A stretch of DNA of 46,617 bases, the filler included, from Sphacelaria rigidula (Eukaryota): assembly GCA_964200075.2 (NCBI GenBank). It is 2 parts of 2 records of this genome, joined end to end, with 100 filler letters (N's around TTAATTAATTAA, not from the genome) between each part and the next. Parts side by side here need not be neighbours in the genome. Positions count along the whole stretch, not along the records: positions 1 to 23,260 come from CAXNAA020000271.1; 1 more part is not named here. One strand, given 5' to 3'. Below, piece after piece: positions 1-12,600 of this stretch; positions within the stretch are counted from its first letter, which is position 1; the number at the start of each line of letters is the position of its first letter. Below the pieces are notes generated by a model. That model had not been told where the DNA came from, made no database searches, and was given only the letters and a program-made list of their open reading frames with translations. The position numbers were made by a program, and so were the translations under genes.

Positions 1-2
1 AA

Positions 3-1073
<1,071 letters not shown>

Positions 1074-1321
1074 GNNNNNNNNGAACCGTAAGCTAATGGA
1101 ATTAACCTATTTTTTAATTTTTAAATATTATTTGTATTATTTGGATTGAATACTCTATTCAGTAATCTTTACTATTCATTTTAAATGTCTATAAGAAAAT
1201 AATCTTTTTACAGATCAATTATCTAGAATCAAACATAATTTTTATTTTAATCGTGCAACTATTGGTCAAACAAAAAATTTAGTAAAATAAAAGATCATAT
1301 ATTTTAGGTATATATAAATTA

Positions 1322-1328
1322 TAAGGAT
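1322..1328 (+). promoter_or_regulatory. Shine-Dalgarno-like ribosome binding site of rbcS
   Basis: TAAGGAT lies about 10 nt upstream of the rbcS GTG start. Confidence 0.55.
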
Positions 1329-1337
1329 ATCTTAATC

Positions 1338-1757
1338 GTGAGAATTACACAAGGATGTTTTTCGTTTTTACCAGACTTAAGTGATGAGCAAATTAAAAAA
1401 CAAGTTGCTTATGCAATTAAAAAAGGTTGGGCTGTTAGTGTAGAATGGACAGATGATCCACATCCACGTAATAACTATTGGGAATTATGGGGACTTCCTT
1501 TATTTGATATTCAAGATCCAGCGGCTTTAATGTATGAACTTAATGAATGTCGTCGACTAAATCCTGAAGGATACATCAAAATCAATGCTTTTGATGCTAG
1601 TATTGGTACAGAAAGTTGTGCATTATCATTCATTGTAGATCGCCCTACTGATGAGCCTGGTTTCTACTTAGAGCGTAATGAAATTCACGGTCGTAATATC
1701 CAATATACAATTTCGAGTTATGCAGTACAAGCAAGACCTGAAGGTGATCGTTATTAA
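1338..1757 (+). CDS. rbcS: RuBisCO small subunit (red-type, plastid-encoded), complete, GTG start
   Basis: 139 aa, MRITQGCFSFLPDL...EWTDDPHPRNNYWELWGLPLFD...RPEGDRY. Follows rbcL after an AT-rich spacer, as in the rbcLS operon. Confidence 0.98.
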   Translation: MRITQGCFSFLPDLSDEQIKKQVAYAIKKGWAVSVEWTDDPHPRNNYWELWGLPLFDIQDPAALMYELNECRRLNPEGYIKINAFDASIGTESCALSFIVDRPTDEPGFYLERNEIHGRNIQYTISSYAVQARPEGDRY

Positions 1758-1852
1758 TTTTATAGAGATAATCTATAAAATACAAAAAATAATCTTTAAA
1801 AATAATATATTTTAATATTAGTTAATTTATTTTTTAAAGGTTCTTTAAAGTT

Positions 1853-1904
1853 AATATTTTACTTAGAAAGACATTTTAATAAATGTCTTTCTAAGTAAAA
1901 TATT
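1853..1904. terminator. Perfect 24-bp hairpin downstream of rbcS
   Basis: AATATTTTACTTAGAAAGACATTT-taat-AAATGTCTTTCTAAGTAAAATATT. Typical plastid 3' stem-loop. Confidence 0.75.
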
Positions 1905-1911
1905 GAAAAAA

Positions 1912-1969
1912 AAATTCAACTATATATATATATGATATAATATCATTATATATATATATAGTTGAATTT
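1912..1969. repeat. Second AT-rich inverted repeat
   Basis: AAATTCAAC(TA)n...(TA)nGTTGAATTT. Confidence 0.7.
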
Positions 1970-2049
1970 AGAAAGATTTCAATTTTATATAGTGCACAAA
2001 TCCTTGTATCGACTAATAATCAAAAGTCCATAGTATATAATACTTAGAT

Positions 2050-2241
2050 ATGATACAGAAATCTAAGTGTTCAAAATCAAAATCAAGACGTCGTTTTGCA
2101 AATTGGTTAGCAAAAGCTAGAACAGCCATGAAACAGTCATTAAGCAAAGGGAAATCAAAACTTAATAATTTGTCAAAAGATGAACAACTTAAAAATGATA
2201 GAGAGTTTCGAGGTTTTAGCTTGAAAAATAAAGTAAAATAA
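2050..2241 (+). CDS. rpl32: Plastid ribosomal protein L32-like, divergent N-terminus
   Basis: 63-aa basic ORF with the L32-like pattern SKSKSRRRFANWLAKA...SLSKGKS. It starts MIQKSK instead of the canonical MAVPKK. Confidence 0.65.
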   Translation: MIQKSKCSKSKSRRRFANWLAKARTAMKQSLSKGKSKLNNLSKDEQLKNDREFRGFSLKNKVK

Positions 2242-2418
2242 AAGAATAGGTAGATTCGACTAGATTAAGGTTTATAGTAATCTCTATGGAATACAAAACG
2301 TCAAGGATTTGTGTTTTCTTAAAAGTTGAAAGATAGATAAATTCTCTAGAGATTTTTTTGGTTATTTATTATTTAATTTTAAAAAATTTTATGGTTTTTT
2401 AGTTTGAANNNNNNNNGG

Positions 2419-3153
2419 TTAAAAATGTACACGCTATTATGCACGCACCTTTAGGAGATGACTATTACAATGTTATGAGATCAATGCTTGAAAGAAAACG
2501 TGATTTTACAGCTGTAACAGCAAGTGTTGTTGATAGACATGTTTTAGCTAGAGGTTCACAGGAAAAAGTTGTTAATAATATTAATAGAAAAGATAAAGAA
2601 GAAAAACCAGATTTAGTTATTTTAACTCCAACTTGCACTTCAAGTATTTTACAAGAAGATTTGCAAAATTTTGTAAATCGTGCCTCGATTGAAACAAATG
2701 CTGATGTTTTATTGGCTGATGTTAATCATTATCGTGTTAATGAAATGCAAGCGGCTGATAGAACTTTAGAACAAATAGTTCAATTTTATATAAAAAAAGC
2801 AGACAAGAATAAACAATTAAATATTTCTAAAACATTAGAACCTTCTGTAAATATAATTGGATCTTTTAATTTAGCATTCCATAATCAACATGATATTGCA
2901 GAAATAAAAAGATTAATGTCTGATTTAAATATTAAAATAAATACAATTATTCCTGAGGGAGCATCTGTTCAAGAATTACAAAATTTGCCTAAAGCTTGGT
3001 TTAATCTTGTTCCATATCGAGAAATTGGTTTATTAACAGCTGAATATTTAAAAAAAGAATTTAATATACCCTTTATTGATATTACACCAATGGGAGTGGT
3101 TGAAACAGCTAATTGTATAAGAAAAATTCAATATATTTTGAATAGAAATAATT
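2419..3153 (+). CDS. chlB: Light-independent protochlorophyllide reductase subunit B, internal fragment
   Basis: [15 protein letters not shown]...[14 protein letters not shown]...[17 protein letters not shown]...DVNHYRVNE...[14 protein letters not shown]...[10 protein letters not shown]. Begins after the N gap at 2409-2416. Switches to GC-richer non-plastid sequence at ~3155. Confidence 0.95.
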
Positions 3154-3220
3154 TCACTTGCTTGGTGAAGCGTTCCAAAAAGGCGAGAACGCGGATGAAT
3201 GATGAAAATTGAACGAATAC

Positions 3221-6200
3221 CTGCCCATGTCCGCTTGAAAAACGCCGCTGCTGTACAACATCAAGTTCTTGTCCAGGAAGATCTTGAAAAGATCATTTGA
3301 CAGGTCGTAGTGGGCCTCTATGTTCGATCTCGATCCGCTTAGACTGTTGTCCATCGTAAACTTGTACCGCAGGTAGTTCAGCCCGTATCCAACCCAGCTC
3401 GTCAGGAGCTTGCCCGCCTGGAAACACGAGGAAAGACAAGCAAGCGGGGGAGAATAAAAAACGGAAATAGGTGTGAAAATCGACGTGGAATATATAGGCA
3501 GACCCGTCTCAACAAAAACCCCATGGTTGACCCACACTCATTCATTCTGCTAGAACCCCAACCGTGCGAGCGCTTCTTACTTCGTCGTCATATCAAGACA
3601 TCGTAGGTGTTCACGCTTTGAGGACTTGGGCATCGTTTTTGACCCCAAGACAAGAGCCATCGGTGCCATCACTTCACGAAGAAGGCCACACCCACGTTTC
3701 TCGACCCATTTGTCTAAATGGAAAGTGCGGGGAACGACTCGAAAATGTCGTCAACATCACATCAGACACCGCCCCCTTTTTTTCCCCATGGCCCGCTGGA
3801 GTTTCGGCAAGCGATCGTTTGCGAGACCCACAAGCTTGGCGAATCGCGAAAGTGAGTCAAAGGTCTCGTCAGTTTAGTGACGCGTAGTATCCAAGACGTG
3901 TCGCGGTGATATTTCATGCATCAGGGCCAATAATCTTATCAAAATTACTCATCCTCGTTCGTTTTCGTTCACCTTCATGCCTCCGTTTTTGCCGTCGTCG
4001 GAGACGTCGCGGTTGTCAACGAAGAACAGGAAAAGCTGCCGGAGACCGTCATGCTCTGCGTTGTCTCCGATCAGCTCCCACTCTCCCGCCATGTACGACC
4101 TGCATATGAAGATAGGTGGGAATTAGATCTACTTTTCAGGTGAGGCTTCATATACAGCGGTGAGGCATATCGACGAAGACATGGAGTCGAGTCACATCCA
4201 CATGTCCCGCTTTCTTGTCTGCAGAGATCACAGACGTGTGACTAATGCAATGAGGTATAGTGACTGCAGGTATTGATCGATAGTATAGTGACTGCGGGTA
4301 TTGATCGAGACCCCGAACGCAGCAAAAACTGATTTTCGAGTATGGTCTGCGAACGAAAATAAGGTCGAGGCCATGATCGCCGAACAAAACAGAGTAGGAA
4401 CGGATACATATGGATGGAGTCACTGATTGACAGTCGCACCTCAACCGGTCATAGGATGGACCAAGGTCAATCAACCTGATCCGTCGCTTCAGGAAAAATG
4501 AACACACTTGCAACCGAAAGATAGCGATATCAGATATCAAGATATGATGCGCACGTGGAACTAAACGGTGGCGTAAGACAGCTTCTTCTGGGACTAAGAA
4601 CGTTCCTCGGCCGATGTCTTCCGCAGGGACAGATTTTCAGGCGGAAATATGTTATCACGGCAGGCCTTGCTCCACTGTCCAACGCGACTCAAGCGTACCC
4701 CTACGGTTCTTGTTGCACTAAAAATGGGAGTGAATTCACGCGTTACATGACAACCACAGGCGCAGAACATTTTTACCTTGTGCCGCCATTAAAGGAAGCG
4801 TGAATTTCGAGAACAAGTTGAAAAATAGTCAATTTTTCCCGGAAAGGGGGAGCTTCAACCCAAGGTCAAGATGCATGCTGCACCAAAACATGTCATGAAT
4901 GAGCTGAGCCTTTTATCTGAGAAAGTCACTCTGAGGCAGTAGCGTAGTCCCCCCCCCTCAGCCAAGTCTTCCCACGTAAAACCCTCCCAAATGGTGAACT
5001 AAAAGGGTCTTTTTCGACACGAGGAACCCGGAGAAGTGGCCCGACAAGAAAAATCAAGAAATGGAACGGGTCGGATGAATGGTATAAATAAATAGTAAAG
5101 AGCGACAGCTGACTCTTTTGTTCAGAAAGCGAACTGACTTTACCCATTGAACCAGTGAGCGCTCTCTGCTTCAATGGGTAGACTGTTCGCTTCCTCAACA
5201 AACCATGGAGGTGTACATGAGGGACGTGGATTCAATCAAGCAAAAAGTTTTCAGCAACACCGACGATTACCAGCTTTGTTTTCCATAACTGCCGGAAACA
5301 TTGCCGAGCAGTTGAAGCTGTTCCTTTGGTTTCAGGCGGAAATAATCGGAACCCGTCTGCAAAATTTCGCAAATTGTTGAACGTGGAGACACCGCAGTTC
5401 TGATACGTTATCACGTGTGATTTTCCAAGAGTTCACAGTGCAGGAGACACCAACTCTCACGTCGTTGCAGAAGTAGTCATCAAGACTGATTTTTCACTAC
5501 ATCAATTTTCCATCAAAGAGCTTCGGCGAATTCAAGATGCTTAAACTGAAGAGAGGCGTTACGGTAGCGGTGGACAAAAATATCTTTTCTCAGGCTCGAA
5601 CTGTTAAGAATCCATGCAATCCTTACCGTAGCATGGCTCTCCAGGAAAATATTCCGTCTGGATCAAAAAGCTCTTGATGATTTCAACTATGCTCAGGGTC
5701 AGTTCAAATTCTCCAGGTAGATTGGTATGCCCTATGTCTAAATCAACATACTTGTTCACGAGGCATCGATTCAATAAAAACAGTATTCGATTCCGTCGAC
5801 ATGGTCCGTCTTGAATAGCAAGCTTTGGGGGGGGGGGGGGCGTACTCATTTGTTGCTTGCCTTAGTCATTTGACCATTGACCACGCATCCCTTTCGAGAC
5901 GGATCGAGTTGTGACCTTCGACTCAACCCTCTTGGGCTAATATGACACGCCTCCCCTTACTCGCCTTGATTCGGGCCTATTCGATATGCCTCCACTAGAT
6001 TCACATTACCCTGCACCAGGGCTCAGCTCGATGGAGACATTCCTCATCAGGTGAGAAACGCTGGAGTTCTGACAAAAAACCATGGGGAGGGAAATCAGAG
6101 ACGCTAGCGCGATTGACCTGCTTCTGCTCGACAAAGGTGCTCTGGTTCATTTGACAAGCTCCGGCTCACTTGATGTGCTTTGGCTCGTATCAGAGGATGT

Positions 6201-9200
6201 TCGCCTCGATTGATACGGCTCATCTCGGTGAGTATGCGACCCATTTGGCAACAATAGGTTCAATCATCATGCTAGTGGGATGCTTCTACTCGAAACATGC
6301 GCTTCAACTCCAATTAAATGATTCGGCTCAACCGGAAATCCCGGTGTCAATATCTGGGTCTTGGCTCAGAAATTACCGCGGGGCTGGTACTGGCCGAACT
6401 TGCAGCTGCCAATCGATCGTCATCCAAAAACCTGATTCGACCCCCCATTAGTCCTTGACTAGACTTCGACGCGCCGGTTGTGTCATGGCTTGACGATCTC
6501 CGAATGCGCTACTTCGGTGCGGCGCTTAGACTCGATCGGAATGCCTCCGCTGAAATATCCAACTTAAGAGCAATCGCCACACTCTGGGTCGACTGGGATG
6601 CTTCGCCGCAATCGTCACGCTTTGACCCAGTCAATGTCCTTCGATAGGCAGCGCTTCGGCTTACCGTCTCTGCCATGGCTAGCATGCCATGATTTCGGCT
6701 GATTCAAGACAGCTTTTCGTCGAGAGATGTGCTCGTAAGGTACCAGGGTACAAAAAGTGAGTATTCCCACGGCATCGGTTAGCTTGAAAACGCGAAAAAG
6801 TGATACGGCGAAATCACAACCTCCTCCAATACCACTGAGGAAAACGACTGGATGATATTTGGCGACGAGGGTTCAACCTGTGCAAACAATTAGGTCGAAA
6901 CATAAATTCTAGAATCCAAATTGGAGGATGAAAAATGCACTTTCGGATGCTGTGCGCCGAGCAAACGTCGTGGTGAAAGGCGATACCTCTTGTCCGATGA
7001 GTCAACCCGTGAAGTCAAACAACAGACTGACATGAAATATTGTGCAGCAAAGTGTTCCGGCATACTCTGCGTCCGTCCTTGGTCGTAATGGAACGGTTTG
7101 CTCAAACACGCGCTAGAGGCATCTCGTGATTTACCGCGGTGGTCGATTTCGCGCGGTCAAGTGTTCACGGAGAGCTTCGAAAATCACCTTGCTAGCCCGA
7201 GGTCATACTCCATGGCGACCCTAACGAAGAACGACCAGTCGAACACCTTTATGGAGATTCTTCGGCCCTCGTTTGTCGCCGTGCTGTCTCCGTCGTTGAC
7301 GACGTGAGTGGTATTCGCGTCGTCTCCGAATGTGTAAGTTGTTCCGTCGGGACAGACGATGGTCATGCACCCCTGATCACAACCACAGAAACAACCGCGA
7401 TGGATCATGACACCACCGATAACACCAACAAAAATAAGTGCAATGGAAAGGATGAAGCGAGAGTAAACATTTGGCAGCAATCGATCCGAGCAATGACGAC
7501 AAGGTATGAAGGGCCTCAACACACATACTCATACGCACACACTGAATTTTGTTCAACAATCAGATCGACGATTTTTCCACGTGAGCGGCGAATTTCCCAG
7601 TTTCCTGTCATTTCCTCAGCTTTCTGCATCACTTTCGCCTGAACCAGACACTGCTCAGGCAGAGCACCCCGAGAAACACAACATCGAAGCCCTTGCACTC
7701 ATGGTCGGGTCAATCCGGCGCAGTTCCCAAAACATTGTTAATTTCCAAAAAGGTCGGCCGCGACTTGTCTGCAATTCACTCGCTATCGGTCAAAGAGATG
7801 ACGGATTTACTGCGACATCGGCCAGTGGTATTCATTTTTTCCCTCTCATCAAATCTCCAACCCTTACGTTGCCTCCCCAAGAGTCCGTGGGTCTCAGGGG
7901 ACCAACCCAACTGCACCCCGGTGCCATCCTTACCTTTCGGTATCGAGGATTGGATCATCACTCTGGTACCGTGTCGACTTTTGTCAACGAAGCTGCTTCC
8001 GCTACAAACGTCCTCACGTTTCCAACGACGGTGATCAAGCACCTCTCACGAAAAAAAACAGTTGATGACATCTCGCGGGAATCGAGCACGCTACAGTATT
8101 ATGACACAAGTTTCAGTTGAACGAGTTCGATCGCCAGGGCGCCGCGACACGTGAGAAAGTGTTTGATTGATAGACTGGTTGACTGACTGAGTGTCGTACT
8201 TCAATTGATGCCGCAGGGATCCAGCCGAGGTCATGTGATGAACGTACACGAGGTAAAAGCGAAATGGTAACACTCGATGAAGAAAAAACAGCAGCATCAA
8301 TCGTTACACGAACAAGTCTCTCGACGTTTGTTACGATGGAGATTGAAGAACTACTTAGAACACGAGTCTTGTCTGCCTTCAAGGACTCGAATACACAGAC
8401 GCAAGAACATTCTCGGTATGTACAGAAGTCTGACAAGAGAAATGATGCTGTGGTGCTGACCAATAAGAACTGCGAATAGGACAACGGCAGCAGAAACTTC
8501 AAGAACTGACCATGACACGATAACTGAGGATCAGAGTTTCACAAGAGTGGGACGAACTCTAAACGCTGACAACACCAACTACAACCAAGTTCGACCAAGT
8601 GCGTACCTTCACCACAGTTCGACGCAAAAAAGAGACGATGGCCCGGACACAAATCGCCTCCACGAGAGCAGAAGCCCACCCCCACACCCTTTCGTACAGC
8701 CCCTTTCCCCCGACCACAATCCGGGGCTGTGGAAGCACCAACCCCTGTCCCACCAACGAGGCGTGTCCATCTTTTACGCCATTCCCATTTCGCGGGACGA
8801 ATTGCTCGGTAGCAGCAGCAGCAGTAGCAGAAACCACGGCACTGCTCGTGGGTGTGGAAGCCACCTCAGGGTTTGACTGTATGAGAGGGGATGCTCTTGA
8901 CTTTGGAGAAATCTCGGGAGTGCCCCCTGCTTGCTTCTGTGTCGCCCACGGGACTGGCTTGCCTGTGATGCCCGTTGCTGCCTCCAGTCCAGACCTCAAC
9001 CCATCCTGTCATCAGCGGACACGTGTGCACGTGTGATTGCGGCGTGAAGTTTCATCTGCACGCATCCCCACCGCAACGCAAACTCACAGTAACCACCTCC
9101 CTCCCCCCCCCCCACCACCACACACACCCCTCAAAGTTACATATTCCCACTTTAGTGTCGGCGAGGATGCTCTCGAGCGGTGAGGGAGTGGGAGCAAAAA

Positions 9201-12200
9201 AACGGGTGGAAAGTTCTTGTGTTTCGGTGTCGCAACTACTAACTAATATATAATGTCCTTGCCGCCGTTACACGTATTGCAGCTTCATTTGGTCATCCGT
9301 CCTATCGTGCTGTTCCAAGAGAGCCTTGGCGGCATCTCCGCCCGGTAGATGCACAGAGCACGCCAACATAACATCCTTACAACAGAGCTCGACCGTTGCA
9401 CGGCGAGATACTACTGATCGAATTTCTCGCACGTGATTGGTGTAGAAGGTCAACATAACATAGATACATAGATGCATGCGTGCGTACGCACTTACGTACA
9501 CACGTACATACGCTCAGTTTTTCCCGAGTGATGATGCCAGACCCCGATCGCAGCGTCTAGATGCTAGGAATGGCAGGAGAGCTCCCACGCTATAATCGAC
9601 TAAACAGCATTCGCATGGGCGTAGTACGAACATTGGATAAACCTTTCGCGCTTCAAGAGTTCACCTGTGTTCCGTCACCAATTATTTACGTTGAAAGCAA
9701 GCACCGACCTCGAAACTTTTGGTATGACAGTGAGCCTCAACCAACTGGGAGGGCTCACCAGAGCATCGATGCTCCGCTGCTGAGATTAGTATCACCACAC
9801 AAGCCAATCGGAGGACATTGTTCGAAGTGATCGGGTCACTTTCACGTCTTCACCCATTCACAGGATGGCGGAAAATGGTGAGTGGAAAACGACGGATATG
9901 ACAAGGTTATTAGCTTCGAACGAGAGGATGGCCGAAATGGCAGACAACATCGTGACGCCGTACTGCACCCGCTCCCCTTTCAACCTCAGCAGACCTACTT
10001 TCGTAACAGATTTTTGGTAGCCTTGTCTCCAATTTCCTTTTTCAAGGGTGCTCGAACCAAAAAAAGAGCATGAACATGAATTTGTACCTTTTCTGGACCA
10101 AACCAGTCCTCAAAATTACGCGGATTTTGACTAAGCTGGCTATCTTAGGAAGGATAGACGGAAAGGTAGAAACATGATGTGAATAGGGGATGCTTCCATC
10201 AATTCACCATGTACCATGGCACGCAAACAAAATCATGACACATGAACACACACCTCGTGAAAGCCGTAGCCTCGCCAAGCACCACAGAACCACAGCCCCC
10301 GACGCCCGTCAATTCCCGACAACAACCGCTGGCCCTTTTCTGCGCTGGGAGAAAATTGAGGATGCCCGTACACCAGCTTCTTGTGCACCGCAGATGCTTC
10401 CGGCAGGGGGCTGGGGTTGAGAGATACGAAGATCTGCCTTGTGCCCGGCAGATTTTGTAGCTGCAGGCAAGTGTTTTCGTATGAGGCGTCACGTCGGCGG
10501 GCGGCGAAACGAGGCAATGGGGAAAAGGGGGGACATCCTGTGGGCGGTCATTCTCAACCTCGTGACGGCCAAACTGCTTTTTCCAGACTTATCTGTTCTG
10601 CTACAAAACACAGACGAACCCATGAGTCATGGTACGGTCGGGGTTGCACATTTGGGCCGGATCTCTCATGAAGGGGCTCCTAGAATTCGGAGCTACACGA
10701 GAACATGGGTCAGGACGTTCCCGTTTAAAAATTCGTTTTGGATTCCCTCCGTCCATTGAAATGCCGATCGTGACGTGGTGTCAAATATTTCATTAGACAT
10801 CTTTTGGATGAGACACAGGGTTCCCAACAATTCAAACCCCAGGGGAACATGTGCCCCCCCACCTTAATTCCTTCAGAGCGTGTTTCAGTTTGGTATTGTT
10901 GGGTACATCTATCATGTTACCACGGCTGGACCCCTGGGGGGTCGGTGAAAGTGCGACAATCAATCAATCAAACCGTAGCACCACGCCCAAAATCCTCATT
11001 CAACAAGCGAGGACTCACGCGGCAAACAAACCCAAGTATGGAGACGGAAAAAAAAAAAAAATGGGAACAAGAAAAAAAAAAAAATGACAAGCGGCAGGCC
11101 AAAACCTGAAAGAGATCAAAACACTCACAATTATGGAAAGGGGACTGAGACACGGTGTGTAGTGTTGGTGTGTCATCCTTGATGTTGCTGCCGAAAAGTG
11201 AAACCGTTAGGTCGTGAAAAACCCTGCCCATGTCCATGATATAAACTTGGCTATGAAACCCAATGTAAAAAAGTGCTCTATAATGATGGAAGCTCTTGGC
11301 ATGATGGGAATGATTCCTCGGTCGATTCAAAACTGGTGGCGCATTACATCCTCCCGCAGTGAAAATCCACGTGGGTCAAACTTCGGATCAATGCTGCTGC
11401 GTACCACACATATTCGCGCGAAAGTGCTCATTGTGAACGAGCTTTGCTGACAGCTGACACTTCCTGGAACATGACCAGTGCCTTCACCAGTCAGTCTGTC
11501 ATTCTAAAGTGGTGGCGAACATGCATAGTGCCTTCACTTGTACAGTACAGTCCAGTACAGTACAGCACAGTACAGTACAGTGCAAAATTGTGTGCTCTGC
11601 ACTGTACCAAAGCCGACCCAGTACCATATCTAAGGGCGTAATGTAATGTTGCTGTGCAGTACTGTATGTTCGCACCGCGACGCGCAAAGCAAGCTGACGA
11701 CGACCTTCAACAAGGATTAGTGAACACACACGCATGTATCACTGGTGGGCGAGCGTGACGGATAGCGGTAACCTCTCGAGGAAGTCAAAGTCAGAGCATT
11801 CCGCGCGAAGGGCATGTATCCATACAGTACAAAACTGTCGTATCATGACCGCTTGTGCACAATAACCCTGTGCCTAATACGTACACACAACGTACGCATG
11901 TGCGTGCGTTTTGTGGTGTCAGCTGTCATCCCTACACTCGGGCCGGGGTGATCGAACTGGTATCAACCGTATATGAGAAAATGATAAATTGGCAAACAAG
12001 GGAACGTTTTCGCGGACACTACTTGCTCTGTATTTCATGTTATTACCTACGGAATCTACCAATATCATTTTTCCCCGCATGACCCGTGTAATGCTACGCA
12101 TGATGTGGCCCTGATAAACCAGGCCAGCTGACGTTAAACCAGCCAGCAGCTTTTGCTGACTACGGCTGGGTTGCCTCGTCCGCGCATTCAGTGTTGTACG

Positions 12201-12569
12201 ACAACCCACGTCAGACACTGTGTGAGCTCGAGGCCTTCTCTATCTTAAAACCTAACTCGACCTTCCAGCATAAGACGGTCAGAACGTCGGGTAACACCGT
12301 TCACAGTATCGTACGTCGAAACGACACTGTCCTCTCATCGCCTTCCTTCCTCAGCGGGGGTGCGTCTTTCGAGAAAGCCGCTTCTCCCCCCGATATTGCA
12401 ATTCTCTCATATGACCACGGCTGGACCCCAGGGGGGAAGAGTTGAATTGCGACACTCAAAAATATCAAGAAAGTCGGCTTGCACTTGGTGGTCGAATGTT
12501 GGAATAGCATTACCGTGCTGTAACTCGTCAACCTTCATCCATTTTTGTGTCCGACTATCAAAAGTGACA

Positions 12570-12600
<31 letters not shown>

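Noticed and set aside
2245..2280. GATTCGAC resembling a tmRNA 5' end
   Set aside because: No GGGG acceptor stem, T-arm or CCA end was found.
3154..3212. C-terminal tail of the chlB ORF ([19 protein letters not shown]) as a fusion protein
   Set aside because: It is read-through into antisense intron sequence beyond the plastid/nuclear junction.
6040..6070. CTGATGA (minus strand) as a hammerhead ribozyme core
   Set aside because: There is no stem II followed by GAAA and no cleavage-site stem.
4800..7180. Coding-like or virus-like short ORFs and TCGA-rich degenerate sequence in the long intron
   Set aside because: No recognisable motifs. A TBLASTX search would be needed, so no call is made.
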